Assembly: GCA_963795175.1 (NCBI GenBank)
Contig: CAWCGR010000003.1
Coordinates: 491,282 to 555,281 of the forward strand
Source: an uncultured Thermoleophilia bacterium
Lineage (GTDB): Bacteria; Actinomycetota; Thermoleophilia; Gaiellales; Gaiellaceae
Direction of reading: 5' to 3'
Length of the DNA: 64,000 nt
Shown piece by piece: positions 19,318-29,223 of the stretch; position 1 is the stretch's first letter, and each line of letters starts with the position of its first letter. The notes under the pieces are model-generated. The model was not told the DNA's origin, did no database searches, and saw only the letters and a program-made list of their open reading frames with translations. The translations under genes and the position numbers were made by a program.

Positions 19318-20225
19318 GATGCTTCAACTCCTTTGATGAGGGCGGTGATTGTGTCGTTGAGCGGCGTCGGCACGCCGAACTCACGTCCGAAGCGGGCGAT
19401 GCCGCCGTTGAGAAAGTCGATCTCGGTGAGACGGCCGGCTTCGACATCCTGCAACATCGATGCCTTGTGGCCGTATGCGACCTCCGGCTTGGCGGCGTGG
19501 TCGATCAGGTCCTCGGGATCGGCGTCGAGCGTGATCCCCTGGGCCGCCGCCACAGCCTTCCCCTCGTCGACGAGGCCCGTCACGAGCGCGCGCAGGTCCG
19601 GCCGCTCACACACGCGGCCGTGCGTGAGACCGGTGAGCGCGCCGATCGGATTGGTCGAGGCGTTGAAGATCACCTTGCGCCACTGCGCGGGGCGTGCGTC
19701 GGAGACGGCCGTCGCGGGCATACCGCCCCGCGTACAGGCGTCGGCCAGTGCCTCTACCTGCTCCATCGAGGCGGGCGCCGGCTCGAACGGCGAGAACGTC
19801 GTCTCGCCCTTCACGTCCCACTGCACGTGACCGGGTTCGAGCAGCTTTCCGGCCGGGAACGTCGTCCCCCGGATCACCCGGCCGACGTGCCGCGCCAGCG
19901 CCTCCTCGTTGCCGACGCCGTTCATGACCGACGCCACCGCGCCGGCCTCGAACGCATGCGCGGTCACCTCGAGGGCGGCCTCCGCGTGCATGGCCTTGGT
20001 CGCGACGATGCCGAAGTCGCAAGCCGGTAGCGCCGAGGCGTCGGTCGTCGCACGCAGCCGGCCGTGTACCTCGCCGGCGCCCGAGAGGCGCAGGCCGTCG
20101 GCGTTGATCGCGTCCACGTGACCCTGCGAAAGGTCGAACGCCCAGACCTCGACGTCGTCCAGCGTGGCCAGGTTGGCGGCGAAGAGCGAGCCGACGGCAC
20201 CGCAGCCGACGATGCAGATTCTCAT
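19308..20225 (-). CDS. Ketopantoate reductase-like (PanE/ApbA) 2-oxo-acid reductase
   Basis: GCGAVG, ATKA, MNGVG, WRKVIFNASTN, ASMLQD, TEIDFLNG. Confidence 0.9.
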   Translation of the reverse strand: MRICIVGCGAVGSLFAANLATLDDVEVWAFDLSQGHVDAINADGLRLSGAGEVHGRLRATTDASALPACDFGIVATKAMHAEAALEVTAHAFEAGAVASVMNGVGNEEALARHVGRVIRGTTFPAGKLLEPGHVQWDVKGETTFSPFEPAPASMEQVEALADACTRGGMPATAVSDARPAQWRKVIFNASTNPIGALTGLTHGRVCERPDLRALVTGLVDEGKAVAAAQGITLDADPEDLIDHAAKPEVAYGHKASMLQDVEAGRLTEIDFLNGGIARFGREFGVPTPLNDTITALIKGVEASWI

Positions 20226-21256
20226 GTGATTGGTTCCTTCGGAATAGGAGGACGGGTGCGCCGCAAGCGATCGAGCCGGAACTCCCGCCCACCGGTGATG
20301 CCATTTGGTCGCAGGATCAGGACAAGAGCCATCAGGGCCCCCACGACGACCAGCCGCGTGCCGGACGGGAGGTCGACCTGGATGCCCGCGATGTCGAGGC
20401 CGCTCTCGGCTTCAGCGAGCAGTGAGTCGAGGCCGCTCACGGCGAGAGCACCGACGACGGCGCCCCAGAGGCTGGTCATACCGCCGATCACCAGCATCGC
20501 GAGGGTGATGAACGTGAGATCGAGGTAGACCGTCTCGGTGTTGATCGGCAAAAGGTGCACGTAGAGGCCGCCGGCGAACCCGGCCAGCACGCCGGAGAGC
20601 GTGAACGCCAGCAGCCGTTGCCGGTACACCGAGACACCGACGGCGCGGGCGGCGGCGGGATCCTCACGGGTCGCGCGGAGCAACCTCCCGAAGCGACTCG
20701 ACTGGTAGCCGAAGGCCACCCCGATCACGAGCAGGGCGCCGATCGCCGCCTGGAGCAGGCCCGTCGTCTCGGGCACCGACGAGAACGTGTTCGAGCCAGG
20801 CCCGACCTTCTCGTAGTAGCGCAGGAGGTTGTGCGTGATCTCCAGCACGCCGAAGGTGGCGATCCCCGCGGCGAGGCCCGAGAGCCGCATCAGCGGCAAG
20901 CCGACGAGCAGTGCGTAGACCCCGCCGATCCCCGCCGCGATCAGGAGCGAAGTGACGTTCCCGACCGTGTGATCGCGGAGAACCGGGAACAGGTACTGCA
21001 TGATCGCGGGCTTCTCGGACACGGGCACCGACAGCACACCGGCCGCCCAGGCGCCGACGGCGACGAAGCTGATGTGCCCGAACGAGAGGACGCCGGAGTT
21101 GCCCACGAACACGTAGATCGCGACGACGATGGTCACCGCCACGAGCGCATTCACGAAGTAGATCTCGGTCGAGGCCGAAGCAGCCGCGCCGAGGAGCGCC
21201 GCGATCACGACCGCTCCCGCCGGCGCCCCGAACTGGATCAGCCTGCGCGCGCTCAT
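20222..21256 (-). CDS. HAAT ABC transporter permease (LivM-like)
   Basis: SFGHISF, GRLLRATRED..AARAVGV, MLVIGG. Confidence 0.92.
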   Translation of the reverse strand: MSARRLIQFGAPAGAVVIAALLGAAASASTEIYFVNALVAVTIVVAIYVFVGNSGVLSFGHISFVAVGAWAAGVLSVPVSEKPAIMQYLFPVLRDHTVGNVTSLLIAAGIGGVYALLVGLPLMRLSGLAAGIATFGVLEITHNLLRYYEKVGPGSNTFSSVPETTGLLQAAIGALLVIGVAFGYQSSRFGRLLRATREDPAAARAVGVSVYRQRLLAFTLSGVLAGFAGGLYVHLLPINTETVYLDLTFITLAMLVIGGMTSLWGAVVGALAVSGLDSLLAEAESGLDIAGIQVDLPSGTRLVVVGALMALVLILRPNGITGGREFRLDRLRRTRPPIPKEPIT

Positions 21257-22161
21257 ACCCGCTCCACCGGGCCCGGGCCGCGGGCGAAGAGCCCATTCGG
21301 CCTGACGAGCAGGACGAGGATGACGAGGCCGAAGACGAAGGACGGCAGATACTGGCTCTGGTCCGTCGGCAGCGCTCCACCGAGCAGGCCGAACACGAAG
21401 CCGATCGCGAAGCCGCCCAGCGTGGCGGTCAGGAGCCTGTTCATCCCCCCCACGACGACACCTGCCAGCACGATGATGGTCGTCGAGAGGGCGAAGTCCG
21501 GCGTCACGAGCGGGTTCTGCACCGTCAGGATCACGGCCACGGTCGCCGCCAGCAATGCCGAGACGAGAACCGCAGATCCGATCACGCGGTCGGCCCGCAC
21601 CCCGAGCAGCCGGGCGGTACGGAAGTCCATCGCCGCCGCCCGCATGTGGAGGCCGACGGTCGTGCGCTCGAGCAGGAGCCAGACGAGCAGGAGGCAGGCG
21701 AACGCGACCACGATCGCGACGATCGTGATCTTGCGGACGTCGACCGAGCCGATCGTGACCGCCCGGTTGAGGTAGCCGAGCGACGACGCCGACTTACCGA
21801 GCGATCCGAACGCGAGCAGAGCAATGCTCTGCAGCAGGAATGCGACTGCGAACGTGGCGACGAGCATGACGGCCGGCGACTGCGCCCGCAGCGGCCGGAA
21901 GACGGCGCGGTCCATCACGAAGGACAGCGCCACGACGACGACGAAGCAGAAGGCGATCGACGCCCAGAGGGGCCAGTCCCACTGTGACGCGAAGGCGAGG
22001 GCGTAGGCGCCGGCCATCACCAACTGGCCGTAGGCGAAGTTGATCAGCCGCAGGACGCCGAAGACGAGGCCGATCCCGACCGCCATCAACGCGTAGACGG
22101 CGCCGAGGCCGATCGCGTCGACCAGGATCTGCCAGGTGATGCCGAAGACTGCGATCGTCAT
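21253..22161 (-). CDS. HAAT ABC transporter permease (LivH-like)
   Basis: GAVYALMAVGIGLVFGVLRLINFAYG, GLHMRAAA..ARLLGV. Confidence 0.92.
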   Translation of the reverse strand: MTIAVFGITWQILVDAIGLGAVYALMAVGIGLVFGVLRLINFAYGQLVMAGAYALAFASQWDWPLWASIAFCFVVVVALSFVMDRAVFRPLRAQSPAVMLVATFAVAFLLQSIALLAFGSLGKSASSLGYLNRAVTIGSVDVRKITIVAIVVAFACLLLVWLLLERTTVGLHMRAAAMDFRTARLLGVRADRVIGSAVLVSALLAATVAVILTVQNPLVTPDFALSTTIIVLAGVVVGGMNRLLTATLGGFAIGFVFGLLGGALPTDQSQYLPSFVFGLVILVLLVRPNGLFARGPGPVERV

Positions 22162-22874
22162 GAGAGGTACGCCGCGACCATCTTGTCGGTGTCGTCTGCG
22201 TCGCCCGGCGTGAGCGTCAGGCGCAATTCGCCGTTCGCGATCACGAACGTCCTGTCGGCGAGTGCGACCGTCCGCTGGGCCCGCTGCTCGACGAGGAGCA
22301 CGCTGATTTCGCGCTCGCGCACGCGGGCCAGCGCGTCGAAGACGACGTCGACGACGGTGGGTGAGAGACCGAGCGACGGCTCGTCGAGCAAGAGGAGATC
22401 CGGTCGGGAAACGAGGGCGCGGGCGATCGCGAGCTGCTGCTGCTGGCCGCCCGAGAGCGCTCCGGCCTGGCGACGCCCGAACTCGCGCACGATCGGGAAG
22501 AGCTCGTACACGTCCTCGATGTCTGCCTCGGTACCGTCGCGGCTCCGGCGCGCGGCGAGCCCGAGCCGGAGGTTCTCGTCGACCGTCAGATCGGCGAAGA
22601 TGCGGCGTCCTTCGGGCACGAGCGCGACTCCGGCGCGCGCCACGTCCTCCGGCCGCTTCCCCACGATCGACGTCCCCGCCACCCGGATCTCGCCCGCCCC
22701 GGGGGTGACCAGGCCCATGATCGCGTTCAGCGTCGTCGACTTGCCGGCACCGTTCGGGCCGATCAGGCCGACGATCTCGCTGCGCCCGACCGTGAAGGAA
22801 AGGTCGCGCACTGCCGCCACGCCGCCGTAGGCGACGTCGAGTCCGGCTACCTCGAGCATCGATGCGTCGGTCAC
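22158..22874 (-). CDS. HAAT ABC transporter ATPase (LivF-like)
   Basis: GPNGAGKST, VPEGRRIF, LSGGQQQ, LLLDEPSLGL, VEQ. GTG start at 22874. Confidence 0.93.
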   Translation of the reverse strand: MTDASMLEVAGLDVAYGGVAAVRDLSFTVGRSEIVGLIGPNGAGKSTTLNAIMGLVTPGAGEIRVAGTSIVGKRPEDVARAGVALVPEGRRIFADLTVDENLRLGLAARRSRDGTEADIEDVYELFPIVREFGRRQAGALSGGQQQQLAIARALVSRPDLLLLDEPSLGLSPTVVDVVFDALARVREREISVLLVEQRAQRTVALADRTFVIANGELRLTLTPGDADDTDKMVAAYLS

Positions 22875-23650
22875 TCTTCGTCCCCCTGGACGGCGCTCTC
22901 GCCGAGATAGGCCGAGGCGACGTCGAGGTTCGCGCGGATCTCGTCGGGAGTCCCGTCTGCGAGGGTGCGGCCCTGGTCGAGGACCTGGATGCGGTCGCAC
23001 ACGTCCATGATCAGGGCCATGTTGTGATCGATCAGGAGGACGCCCGCGTCGTGGTCGTCCCGGACACCGCGTACCACGGCGGCGAATTCCGGCACCTCCG
23101 CCTCCGGAAGCCCTGCCGCAGGCTCGTCCATGAGGACGAAGAGCGGCTCGGTCGCGAGCGCCCTGGCGACGCCCAGCCGGCGCTCGTCCCCGTGCGGCAA
23201 CGATCCCGCGGATGTTTCTGCGTAGCGTCCGAGGCCGAGGAGCCCCATGATCTCCGTGGCGCGGCTCCGCGCCGTCCGTGACGAGGCGCCCACTCCCATT
23301 GCGGCGACTTCGATGTTCTCGCGCACGCTCAGCTGCCGGAAGGCGTGGGAGTGCTGGAACGTCCGCGCCAGCCCGTGGCGCCCGCGCCGGTGGGCGCTCC
23401 ACGACGTGATCGGGCGCCCGTCGAGCTCCACCGTGCCGGCGGTGGGGAAGTCGAAGCCGGTCAAGAGGTTCACGAGTGTCGACTTCCCGGCTCCGTTCGG
23501 CCCGATCAGGCCCACGATCTCGTGGCGATGGAGCGTCAGCGAAACGCTCTGGACGGCGTCGACCCCGTCGAACGAACGGGACACGTCGACGGCCCGGAGT
23601 GCTCCTCCGGGCCGTCGAGTGCCCTGCGCGTGTGGTGCTGCGTTGCCCAC
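22871..23650 (-). CDS. HAAT ABC transporter ATPase (LivG-like)
   Basis: GPNGAGKST, GLARTFQ, MDEPAAG, IDHNM, AYLG. Confidence 0.93.
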   Translation of the reverse strand: MGNAAPHAQGTRRPGGALRAVDVSRSFDGVDAVQSVSLTLHRHEIVGLIGPNGAGKSTLVNLLTGFDFPTAGTVELDGRPITSWSAHRRGRHGLARTFQHSHAFRQLSVRENIEVAAMGVGASSRTARSRATEIMGLLGLGRYAETSAGSLPHGDERRLGVARALATEPLFVLMDEPAAGLPEAEVPEFAAVVRGVRDDHDAGVLLIDHNMALIMDVCDRIQVLDQGRTLADGTPDEIRANLDVASAYLGESAVQGDEE

Positions 23651-23654
23651 GTCC

Positions 23655-24857
23655 CTAGATCTTCGGGACGACCTTCGCAACGACGAGCCCGACACGCTTT
23701 GCCTTGTTGTTCTGGATCCGCATCACGCGGTACTGCCGGCCGAACACGGTGTGCAGCGAGGGCGAGAAGCTCACGAGGCCCGAGAGCGTCGGCACCTTCT
23801 TGAACTTGACCATCGTCTTCGCGAGCACGGCTCCGTTGGTCGAGCCCTTCGAACGCCTGATCGCCGTGACCAGCCCGTCGATCGCAGCCGACCCGGCGAC
23901 GAAGCCGCCGATGCCGTAGGTGCCGCGGCCGCCGAGCTGCTTCGCCAGCGCGTTGACGGCCTTGCTCGGGTCGTCCCCGAAGGCCGACGCATACGTGACG
24001 TAGTAGTAGTTCGTCACCTGCGGCTCCTTCGTGACCCAGTACGTGCCGTCACCGGCCCACGAGTTGAGGATCGGCGTGTCGTTGCCGAGCGAGCGCAGCC
24101 CCGAGACGATCTGCGGCAGAGCTCCGAAGGAGCCGGCCGTCGAGGTCACGATCACGTCGGCCTTCTTGCCGTCGAGTCGGGTGATCAGGTTCTGCTGGCT
24201 CGTGCTGCCGAGCGACTGATAGCTCTCCTCCGCGACGATCTTGCCGCCGAGCTGGGTGAACCGAGCCTTGAACGCCTTGACGACGTCCTTGAAGTAGACG
24301 ATCACGGTGTCCGTTGCGAGCGACGCCGTGCGCCAGCCTCGGGCATAGGCGTACTGCGCCATCGCCGATCCCTCGTCCTGGGCCACGTTGCCGAACGAGA
24401 ACGCGAGGCTGCCCTTGGCGCCGAAGCGCTTCGGTCCCATCTGATCCGTGCCGATGCAGGGTGCGATCGTCAGCTTGCCCGCGTTGATCGCCGTCTGCAC
24501 GACCGGAGCCGCGAAGTCGACGTCACACGTGGTGAAGATGACGTCGGCCTTCTGGCCGAGCAGCTTCGCCGCGCACGACTTGGCGATCGCAGGCTTGTTG
24601 CCCTGCGTGTCACAGGTGATGATCTTGAGCGGCCGCTTGCTGACGCCGCCCTTCGCGTTCCACTGCTTGACGCGGACCTTGGCGGCCGCGAGGGCAGGGT
24701 TGTCGAACGGCGCCATCGCGCCCTTCGAGTCGAAGGCCCAGCCGATCACGATCGGCTTGGCCGCAGCGGTTGCCGAGCCGGCCGCGAGCGCGGCGAAGGC
24801 CGCGACGGTTGCGACCAGAGCGGCGAGCGCCCCGATCCTCTTGACGTTCATCCTCAC
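23655..24857 (-). CDS. HAAT ABC transporter substrate-binding protein (LivK/PBP1 family)
   Basis: Signal peptide, PIVIG..., NAKGGV, adjacent to livGFHM-like genes. AGGAGG RBS. Confidence 0.9.
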   Translation of the reverse strand: MRMNVKRIGALAALVATVAAFAALAAGSATAAAKPIVIGWAFDSKGAMAPFDNPALAAAKVRVKQWNAKGGVSKRPLKIITCDTQGNKPAIAKSCAAKLLGQKADVIFTTCDVDFAAPVVQTAINAGKLTIAPCIGTDQMGPKRFGAKGSLAFSFGNVAQDEGSAMAQYAYARGWRTASLATDTVIVYFKDVVKAFKARFTQLGGKIVAEESYQSLGSTSQQNLITRLDGKKADVIVTSTAGSFGALPQIVSGLRSLGNDTPILNSWAGDGTYWVTKEPQVTNYYYVTYASAFGDDPSKAVNALAKQLGGRGTYGIGGFVAGSAAIDGLVTAIRRSKGSTNGAVLAKTMVKFKKVPTLSGLVSFSPSLHTVFGRQYRVMRIQNNKAKRVGLVVAKVVPKI

Positions 24858-24903
24858 ATCGTCCTCCTGGGTGCGGTTTTGACAGTGGATGCTCGACGGG
24901 TGG

Positions 24904-25824
24904 TCATGACCAGGACTGCTCTTTCGCCTTCACCAAGCGGTAGAGCGCAGTGTGGAGCGGCACGCCGACCCCGTGTCGATCCGCCTCCTGAACCAACGCT
25001 CCGGTAATCAGGTCGATTTCCGTCGGCCTATGAGCTTCGACGTCTTCCAGCATGGATGGATAGTGAGCCGAGCCACGCTGTGTGGCAAGGACGTTCATCT
25101 CCCACGGGTCGTCGTGGAGCGCGATTCCGGCCGCTTCGGCGACGGCTTTCCCTTCGTCCATGAGCGCATGGACGAGATGACCGAGGTCGGTGGCGGTGGC
25201 TTCGGCCGCGAAATGCGGGTCGTGCGGGAGCCCGGTCAGGGCCGCGACGGCGTTGACCGTCGCGTTGAAGATCAGCTTGGACCACTGTGCCGGCCGCAGG
25301 TCCGGCAGCGCCTCGACCTTGAGCCCGGCGGCCCGGATCAGCGCGGCGGCTTCCTCGACCTTCTCGTACGGCGTGCCCTCGTAGGGACCGAGCCACGTTT
25401 CCGTGTCGAGGATGTACTCGACGTGCGCGTCGTCGTGGCGCGTGCCGCTCATGAACGTGACGGCGGAGATGATCGGCCAGTCGCCGTGCGCCCGCACGAT
25501 CTCCTCGGCGCCGAGCCCGTTGAGGGTGGTCATCAGCGTTGCGTCGGGGAAGTGGCCCTCGAGCGAGGCGGCCGCCGCCTCCAGGCCGGGGGCCTTCGTC
25601 GCGATGATGCCGAGATCGAACGGCGGAATCTCTGTCGGGTCGGCCGACGCGGTGACCGAGGCCCGAATGTCGCTGCGGCCGCTCACCCTGAGCCCGCCGG
25701 CGTTGAGCGCGTCGGCGTGCTCTGGGCGCCGGGTGAGCACGCTCACCTCGGAAACCTGCGCCAGGTGGCCCGCGAAGAGGCTGCCGATGACGCCGCCCCC
25801 GATGATGCAGACGCGCTCGATCAC
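24904..25824 (-). CDS. Second ketopantoate reductase-like (PanE/ApbA) protein
   Basis: IGGGVIG, ATKA, LNGLG, WSKLIFNATVN, PSMLED, TEID. GTG start at 25824. Confidence 0.9.
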   Translation of the reverse strand: MIERVCIIGGGVIGSLFAGHLAQVSEVSVLTRRPEHADALNAGGLRVSGRSDIRASVTASADPTEIPPFDLGIIATKAPGLEAAAASLEGHFPDATLMTTLNGLGAEEIVRAHGDWPIISAVTFMSGTRHDDAHVEYILDTETWLGPYEGTPYEKVEEAAALIRAAGLKVEALPDLRPAQWSKLIFNATVNAVAALTGLPHDPHFAAEATATDLGHLVHALMDEGKAVAEAAGIALHDDPWEMNVLATQRGSAHYPSMLEDVEAHRPTEIDLITGALVQEADRHGVGVPLHTALYRLVKAKEQSWS

Positions 25825-25838
25825 CGGCCCCGGCCTCC

Positions 25839-25850
25839 GTGATGTGTCAC
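25839..25850. promoter_or_regulatory. Candidate operator GTGATGTGTCAC
   Basis: 10/12 match to the GTGACATGTCAC palindrome, just upstream of the second panE-like gene. Confidence 0.35.
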
Positions 25851-25926
25851 GAGCACGCGGAGGAGTATCCCACTCCCGGGGGCACACCGTCCCCCACGGC
25901 CCGCGCTGCGCGCGTGCACTCCCACC

Positions 25927-27102
25927 TCAGCTCTTCCTCACGAGCGCGGTGAACTCCGCGTCGGTGAGCAGCCGTCCCTTGCGGACACCGAGCGCCTTCA
26001 CGGCCGCGAGCAGGTCGGCACGCTTCTCCTCCGGCACGTCGAGGCCGAGGCGCGCGGCCACGATCCCGATCGAGTCGATGCCACTCTTCTTGCCCAGCAC
26101 GATGCCGCGCTCGGCCCCGACGAGCTCGGAGCTGTACGGCTCGATCGCCGGTGGGTCGTGGAACTGTGCCGCCACGGCGCCGGACTCGCGCGTGAACAAC
26201 GCATCGCCCGTGACCGCCTTCCACGACGGCAGCGGCGTCTCGGCACGCTCCTGCACGAGCTGCGAGAGCCGCCGTGCGTGGGTCAGGTCGAGCCTCGTCG
26301 GGATCCCGTAGAGCGCCTCCAGAGCGAGCGCAACCTCGATCAGGTCGGCGTTGCCCGCGCGCTCGCCCATCCCGTTGATCGTCCCCTGCACCCACGTCGC
26401 TCCGGCTTGAACGGCGGCTATCGCGGCAGCCGTCCCGAGCCCGAAGTCGTCGTGGCCGTGCCAGTGGACGGGGATCTCGGCGCCGAGCCAGTCGACCGTC
26501 CGGCCGACGAGGTAGGCCGCCGCTTCCGGCGTCGCCACCCCGATCGTGTCCACGACGACGACCTCCTGCGCACCTGCCTCGACGGCGGTCGTGTAGGCGC
26601 GGCGGTAGAAGTCGAGATCGGCGCGGGACGAGTCGACCCCGAAGAACGCCACCCTGATTCCCGCCTCGGAGGCGAACGAGACCGCGCTCCTGATCCGCTC
26701 GAGCATCTTCTCGTGCGAGACGCCCAGGGCGGCGAGCTTCGCGTCCGAGATCGGGCTCTCGATCACCGAGGCCGCCACACCGAGCTCGACGAGTGCCTCG
26801 ACGTCCGCCTGGACGGCGCGCGAGAAGCCCCACACTTCGGCACGCAAGCCGGCGGCGCTGACGAGCTCGACTGCGCGCCAGTCCTCGGCCGAGACGCGCG
26901 GGAAGCCGGCCTCGATCCGATCGATCCCGGCAGCGTCGAGCGCCCGGGCGATCTCGACCTTGTCCTCCGGTGTCAGCACTACCCCGACGGACTGCTCGCC
27001 GTCACGGAGGGTCGTGTCGTACAGCCCGACGGTGCGATGCGGCTGCGGATCGAGAGCCTGCTCGTTGAGGCTGCCCGTCCAGATCTTGCTCCGGTCGATC
27101 AT
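25927..27102 (-). CDS. DRE-TIM acyl-CoA condensing enzyme (homocitrate/isopropylmalate/citramalate synthase-like), no regulatory domain
   Basis: DTTLRDGEQ, IEAGFP, DTIG, HWHGHDDFG, GMGERAGNA, LGKKSG. Confidence 0.85.
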   Translation of the reverse strand: MIDRSKIWTGSLNEQALDPQPHRTVGLYDTTLRDGEQSVGVVLTPEDKVEIARALDAAGIDRIEAGFPRVSAEDWRAVELVSAAGLRAEVWGFSRAVQADVEALVELGVAASVIESPISDAKLAALGVSHEKMLERIRSAVSFASEAGIRVAFFGVDSSRADLDFYRRAYTTAVEAGAQEVVVVDTIGVATPEAAAYLVGRTVDWLGAEIPVHWHGHDDFGLGTAAAIAAVQAGATWVQGTINGMGERAGNADLIEVALALEALYGIPTRLDLTHARRLSQLVQERAETPLPSWKAVTGDALFTRESGAVAAQFHDPPAIEPYSSELVGAERGIVLGKKSGIDSIGIVAARLGLDVPEEKRADLLAAVKALGVRKGRLLTDAEFTALVRKS

Positions 27103-28256
27103 GCCGCCACGATCCCGTCGGGGAAGCCCGAGAGCTTTTCGGCCCCGTCGCTCGTGATCAGGAAGTTGTCCTCGAAGCGCAAGCCGCCTCCGTTCTCCCA
27201 GTAGCATCCTGGTTCGATTGCAAGCACCATCCCTTCCGCCACCGTGCCGTCGCCGGCCTGATGGGCGTACGGTGGCTCATGCGCGCGGGCGCCGACCCCG
27301 TGGCAGATCGGATGGGACGGTTGGCCGGGGAAGCCCAGCTCGGTGATGCCGGCCCGGATCCGACGATCCAGCTCGGGCAGGCTCGCCCCGGGCACGCAGA
27401 AGTCCACCGCGTCGTCGTAGACGCCCCTTAGGCCCTCCTCGAGCTCGCGATATCGATCGGAGAGCTCACCGACGACGAGGTTCTTCGTGTGGTCGCACCA
27501 GTAGCCGTCGGCGCAGACCCAGATCTCGAACAGGGTCGGCTCGTCCGCGACTACGACCCTGTTGGACGTGGCGGTGAACGTCCGGATCCCATCTCCGCTC
27601 CAGACGAGCGAGAAGCCGAGTGCCAGGTCGACTTGGCCCGACCAGCCCGTGCCTTCACCGTGCACGAACCCGAGCCACTCCGACGCCGCTTGGGCCTCCG
27701 TCATACCCGGTCGCAAGACACCCTGGACGTGCTCCATCGCGGCGGCGGCAATCGCGTTTGCGAGACGCATCCGCTCGATCTCCTGCGGCGTCTTCAGCAT
27801 CCGGGCCTCGTTCAGGAGCGGCGTCGCATCTTGCGCCTGGGGGAACGCGTCGAACCAGGCGCGCGAGAACGTGGTCGGCTCACCGACCATCCGGTCGCTC
27901 GCCTGTGTGCCGAGCGAGAGCTCGATTCCGACAGCGTCGTATTGCTCGGCCAGGGCGGCCGCCAGGTCGAGGGCCCGTAGCGAGGGTGGCCGCGGGTCGC
28001 GCTCGTCGTAGCCGGAGAACAGCCGCAGGTCGCTCGTCCATGCAGTGCGCTCCGCGTCGCCGCGCGACGGCTCCAGGCAGATCAGGGCTGGCTCGCCCTC
28101 GGCCGGGAACACGACTGCGTCGTACCCCTTCATGCCCCAGAAGTTCGTCAGGTAGAGGACGTTGTCGGGTGCCCGGACGACGAGCGCCTCGAGCCCGCGA
28201 TCGCGCATGAGGGCGCGAACACGGTCGAGCTTCGTATCGTCACGCGGCCAGCTCAC
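27099..28256 (-). CDS. M24 family Xaa-Pro peptidase-like hydrolase
   Basis: NVLYLT, RMLKTPQEI, GYWCDHT, CHGVG, HEPP, AIEPG, GLRFEDN. GTG start at 28256. Confidence 0.88.
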   Translation of the reverse strand: MSWPRDDTKLDRVRALMRDRGLEALVVRAPDNVLYLTNFWGMKGYDAVVFPAEGEPALICLEPSRGDAERTAWTSDLRLFSGYDERDPRPPSLRALDLAAALAEQYDAVGIELSLGTQASDRMVGEPTTFSRAWFDAFPQAQDATPLLNEARMLKTPQEIERMRLANAIAAAAMEHVQGVLRPGMTEAQAASEWLGFVHGEGTGWSGQVDLALGFSLVWSGDGIRTFTATSNRVVVADEPTLFEIWVCADGYWCDHTKNLVVGELSDRYRELEEGLRGVYDDAVDFCVPGASLPELDRRIRAGITELGFPGQPSHPICHGVGARAHEPPYAHQAGDGTVAEGMVLAIEPGCYWENGGGLRFEDNFLITSDGAEKLSGFPDGIVAA

Positions 28257-28275
28257 CGGTCGAGTGCCCTCACGG

Positions 28276-29169
28276 TCAGACGTTCTCGCCCCAGGGCCGC
28301 ACCCGCGGCAGCGGCGGGGTGCCATGGCCGTCCTGCCAGGAGACGATCGGGTTGCGGAGGACGCCGATCCGCTCGATCTCGGCCTCCACGACGTCACCGG
28401 GCTTGAGATAGAGCAAAGCGCGCTCCTCGGCCGACTTGAACCCGGCCACACCCGAAACCGTGCCGGTCGAGAGAACGTCGCCGGCGGAGTATCCGAGCCC
28501 CGAGAAGTTCGAGAGGATCTCCTCGATCGTGACGGACATGTTGCCCGAGTGGGACTGCTGGCGAACCTCGCCGTTGACCCGGAGCTCCATGCGCAGGTCA
28601 CGCGGGTCGGGAACCTCGTCGGGGGTCACGATCCACGGTCCCAGAGGACAGAACGTGTCGATCGCCTTGCAGAACGAGAACACGCCGGAGCGCATCTCGC
28701 CCCGCTGGATGTCCCGCGCCGTGAGGTCGTTGAAGATCACGTAGCCCCCGATGTAGTCGGCCGCCTCCTCGGGGCTGAACCACTTGCCGGACTTGCGCAG
28801 CACGACAGCGAGCTCGAGCTCGTAGTCGAGCTCCTCCGTCAGGTGCTCCGGATAGACGACCGGCTCGTCCGGGCCGACGATGGCGTCGACGTTCTGGAAG
28901 AAGTTGATCCACGGCGCGATGTCGTGCGACCAGTTGACGTTCTCCGACTCGGTCTTGTGCTCGCGGAAGTTCCCGGCGGTGTGGAAGAACTTCTTCGGGA
29001 CGATCGGCGCCCGCAACCGTGTCTCGGCGAGGGCGATCCGCTCGCCGGTCTCGTCTGCGCCGCCCTGCTCGAAGTACTCCCGCATGGTCGCCACTCCGAG
29101 CACGACGATCTCGTCGCCGTCCAGCACGCCCACCCGGCCTGCACCTTCCCCGAACGTCACCAGTTTCAC
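28276..29169 (-). CDS. Fumarylacetoacetate hydrolase family protein
   Basis: LDYELEL, FNDLTARD, KAIDTFCPLGP, GDVLSTGT. Confidence 0.92.
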   Translation of the reverse strand: MKLVTFGEGAGRVGVLDGDEIVVLGVATMREYFEQGGADETGERIALAETRLRAPIVPKKFFHTAGNFREHKTESENVNWSHDIAPWINFFQNVDAIVGPDEPVVYPEHLTEELDYELELAVVLRKSGKWFSPEEAADYIGGYVIFNDLTARDIQRGEMRSGVFSFCKAIDTFCPLGPWIVTPDEVPDPRDLRMELRVNGEVRQQSHSGNMSVTIEEILSNFSGLGYSAGDVLSTGTVSGVAGFKSAEERALLYLKPGDVVEAEIERIGVLRNPIVSWQDGHGTPPLPRVRPWGENV

Positions 29170-29223
29170 GCCTGCTCCATCCTCTCGTCCGTTGAACCCG
29201 ACCGAACCACCGAAACCATGCCC

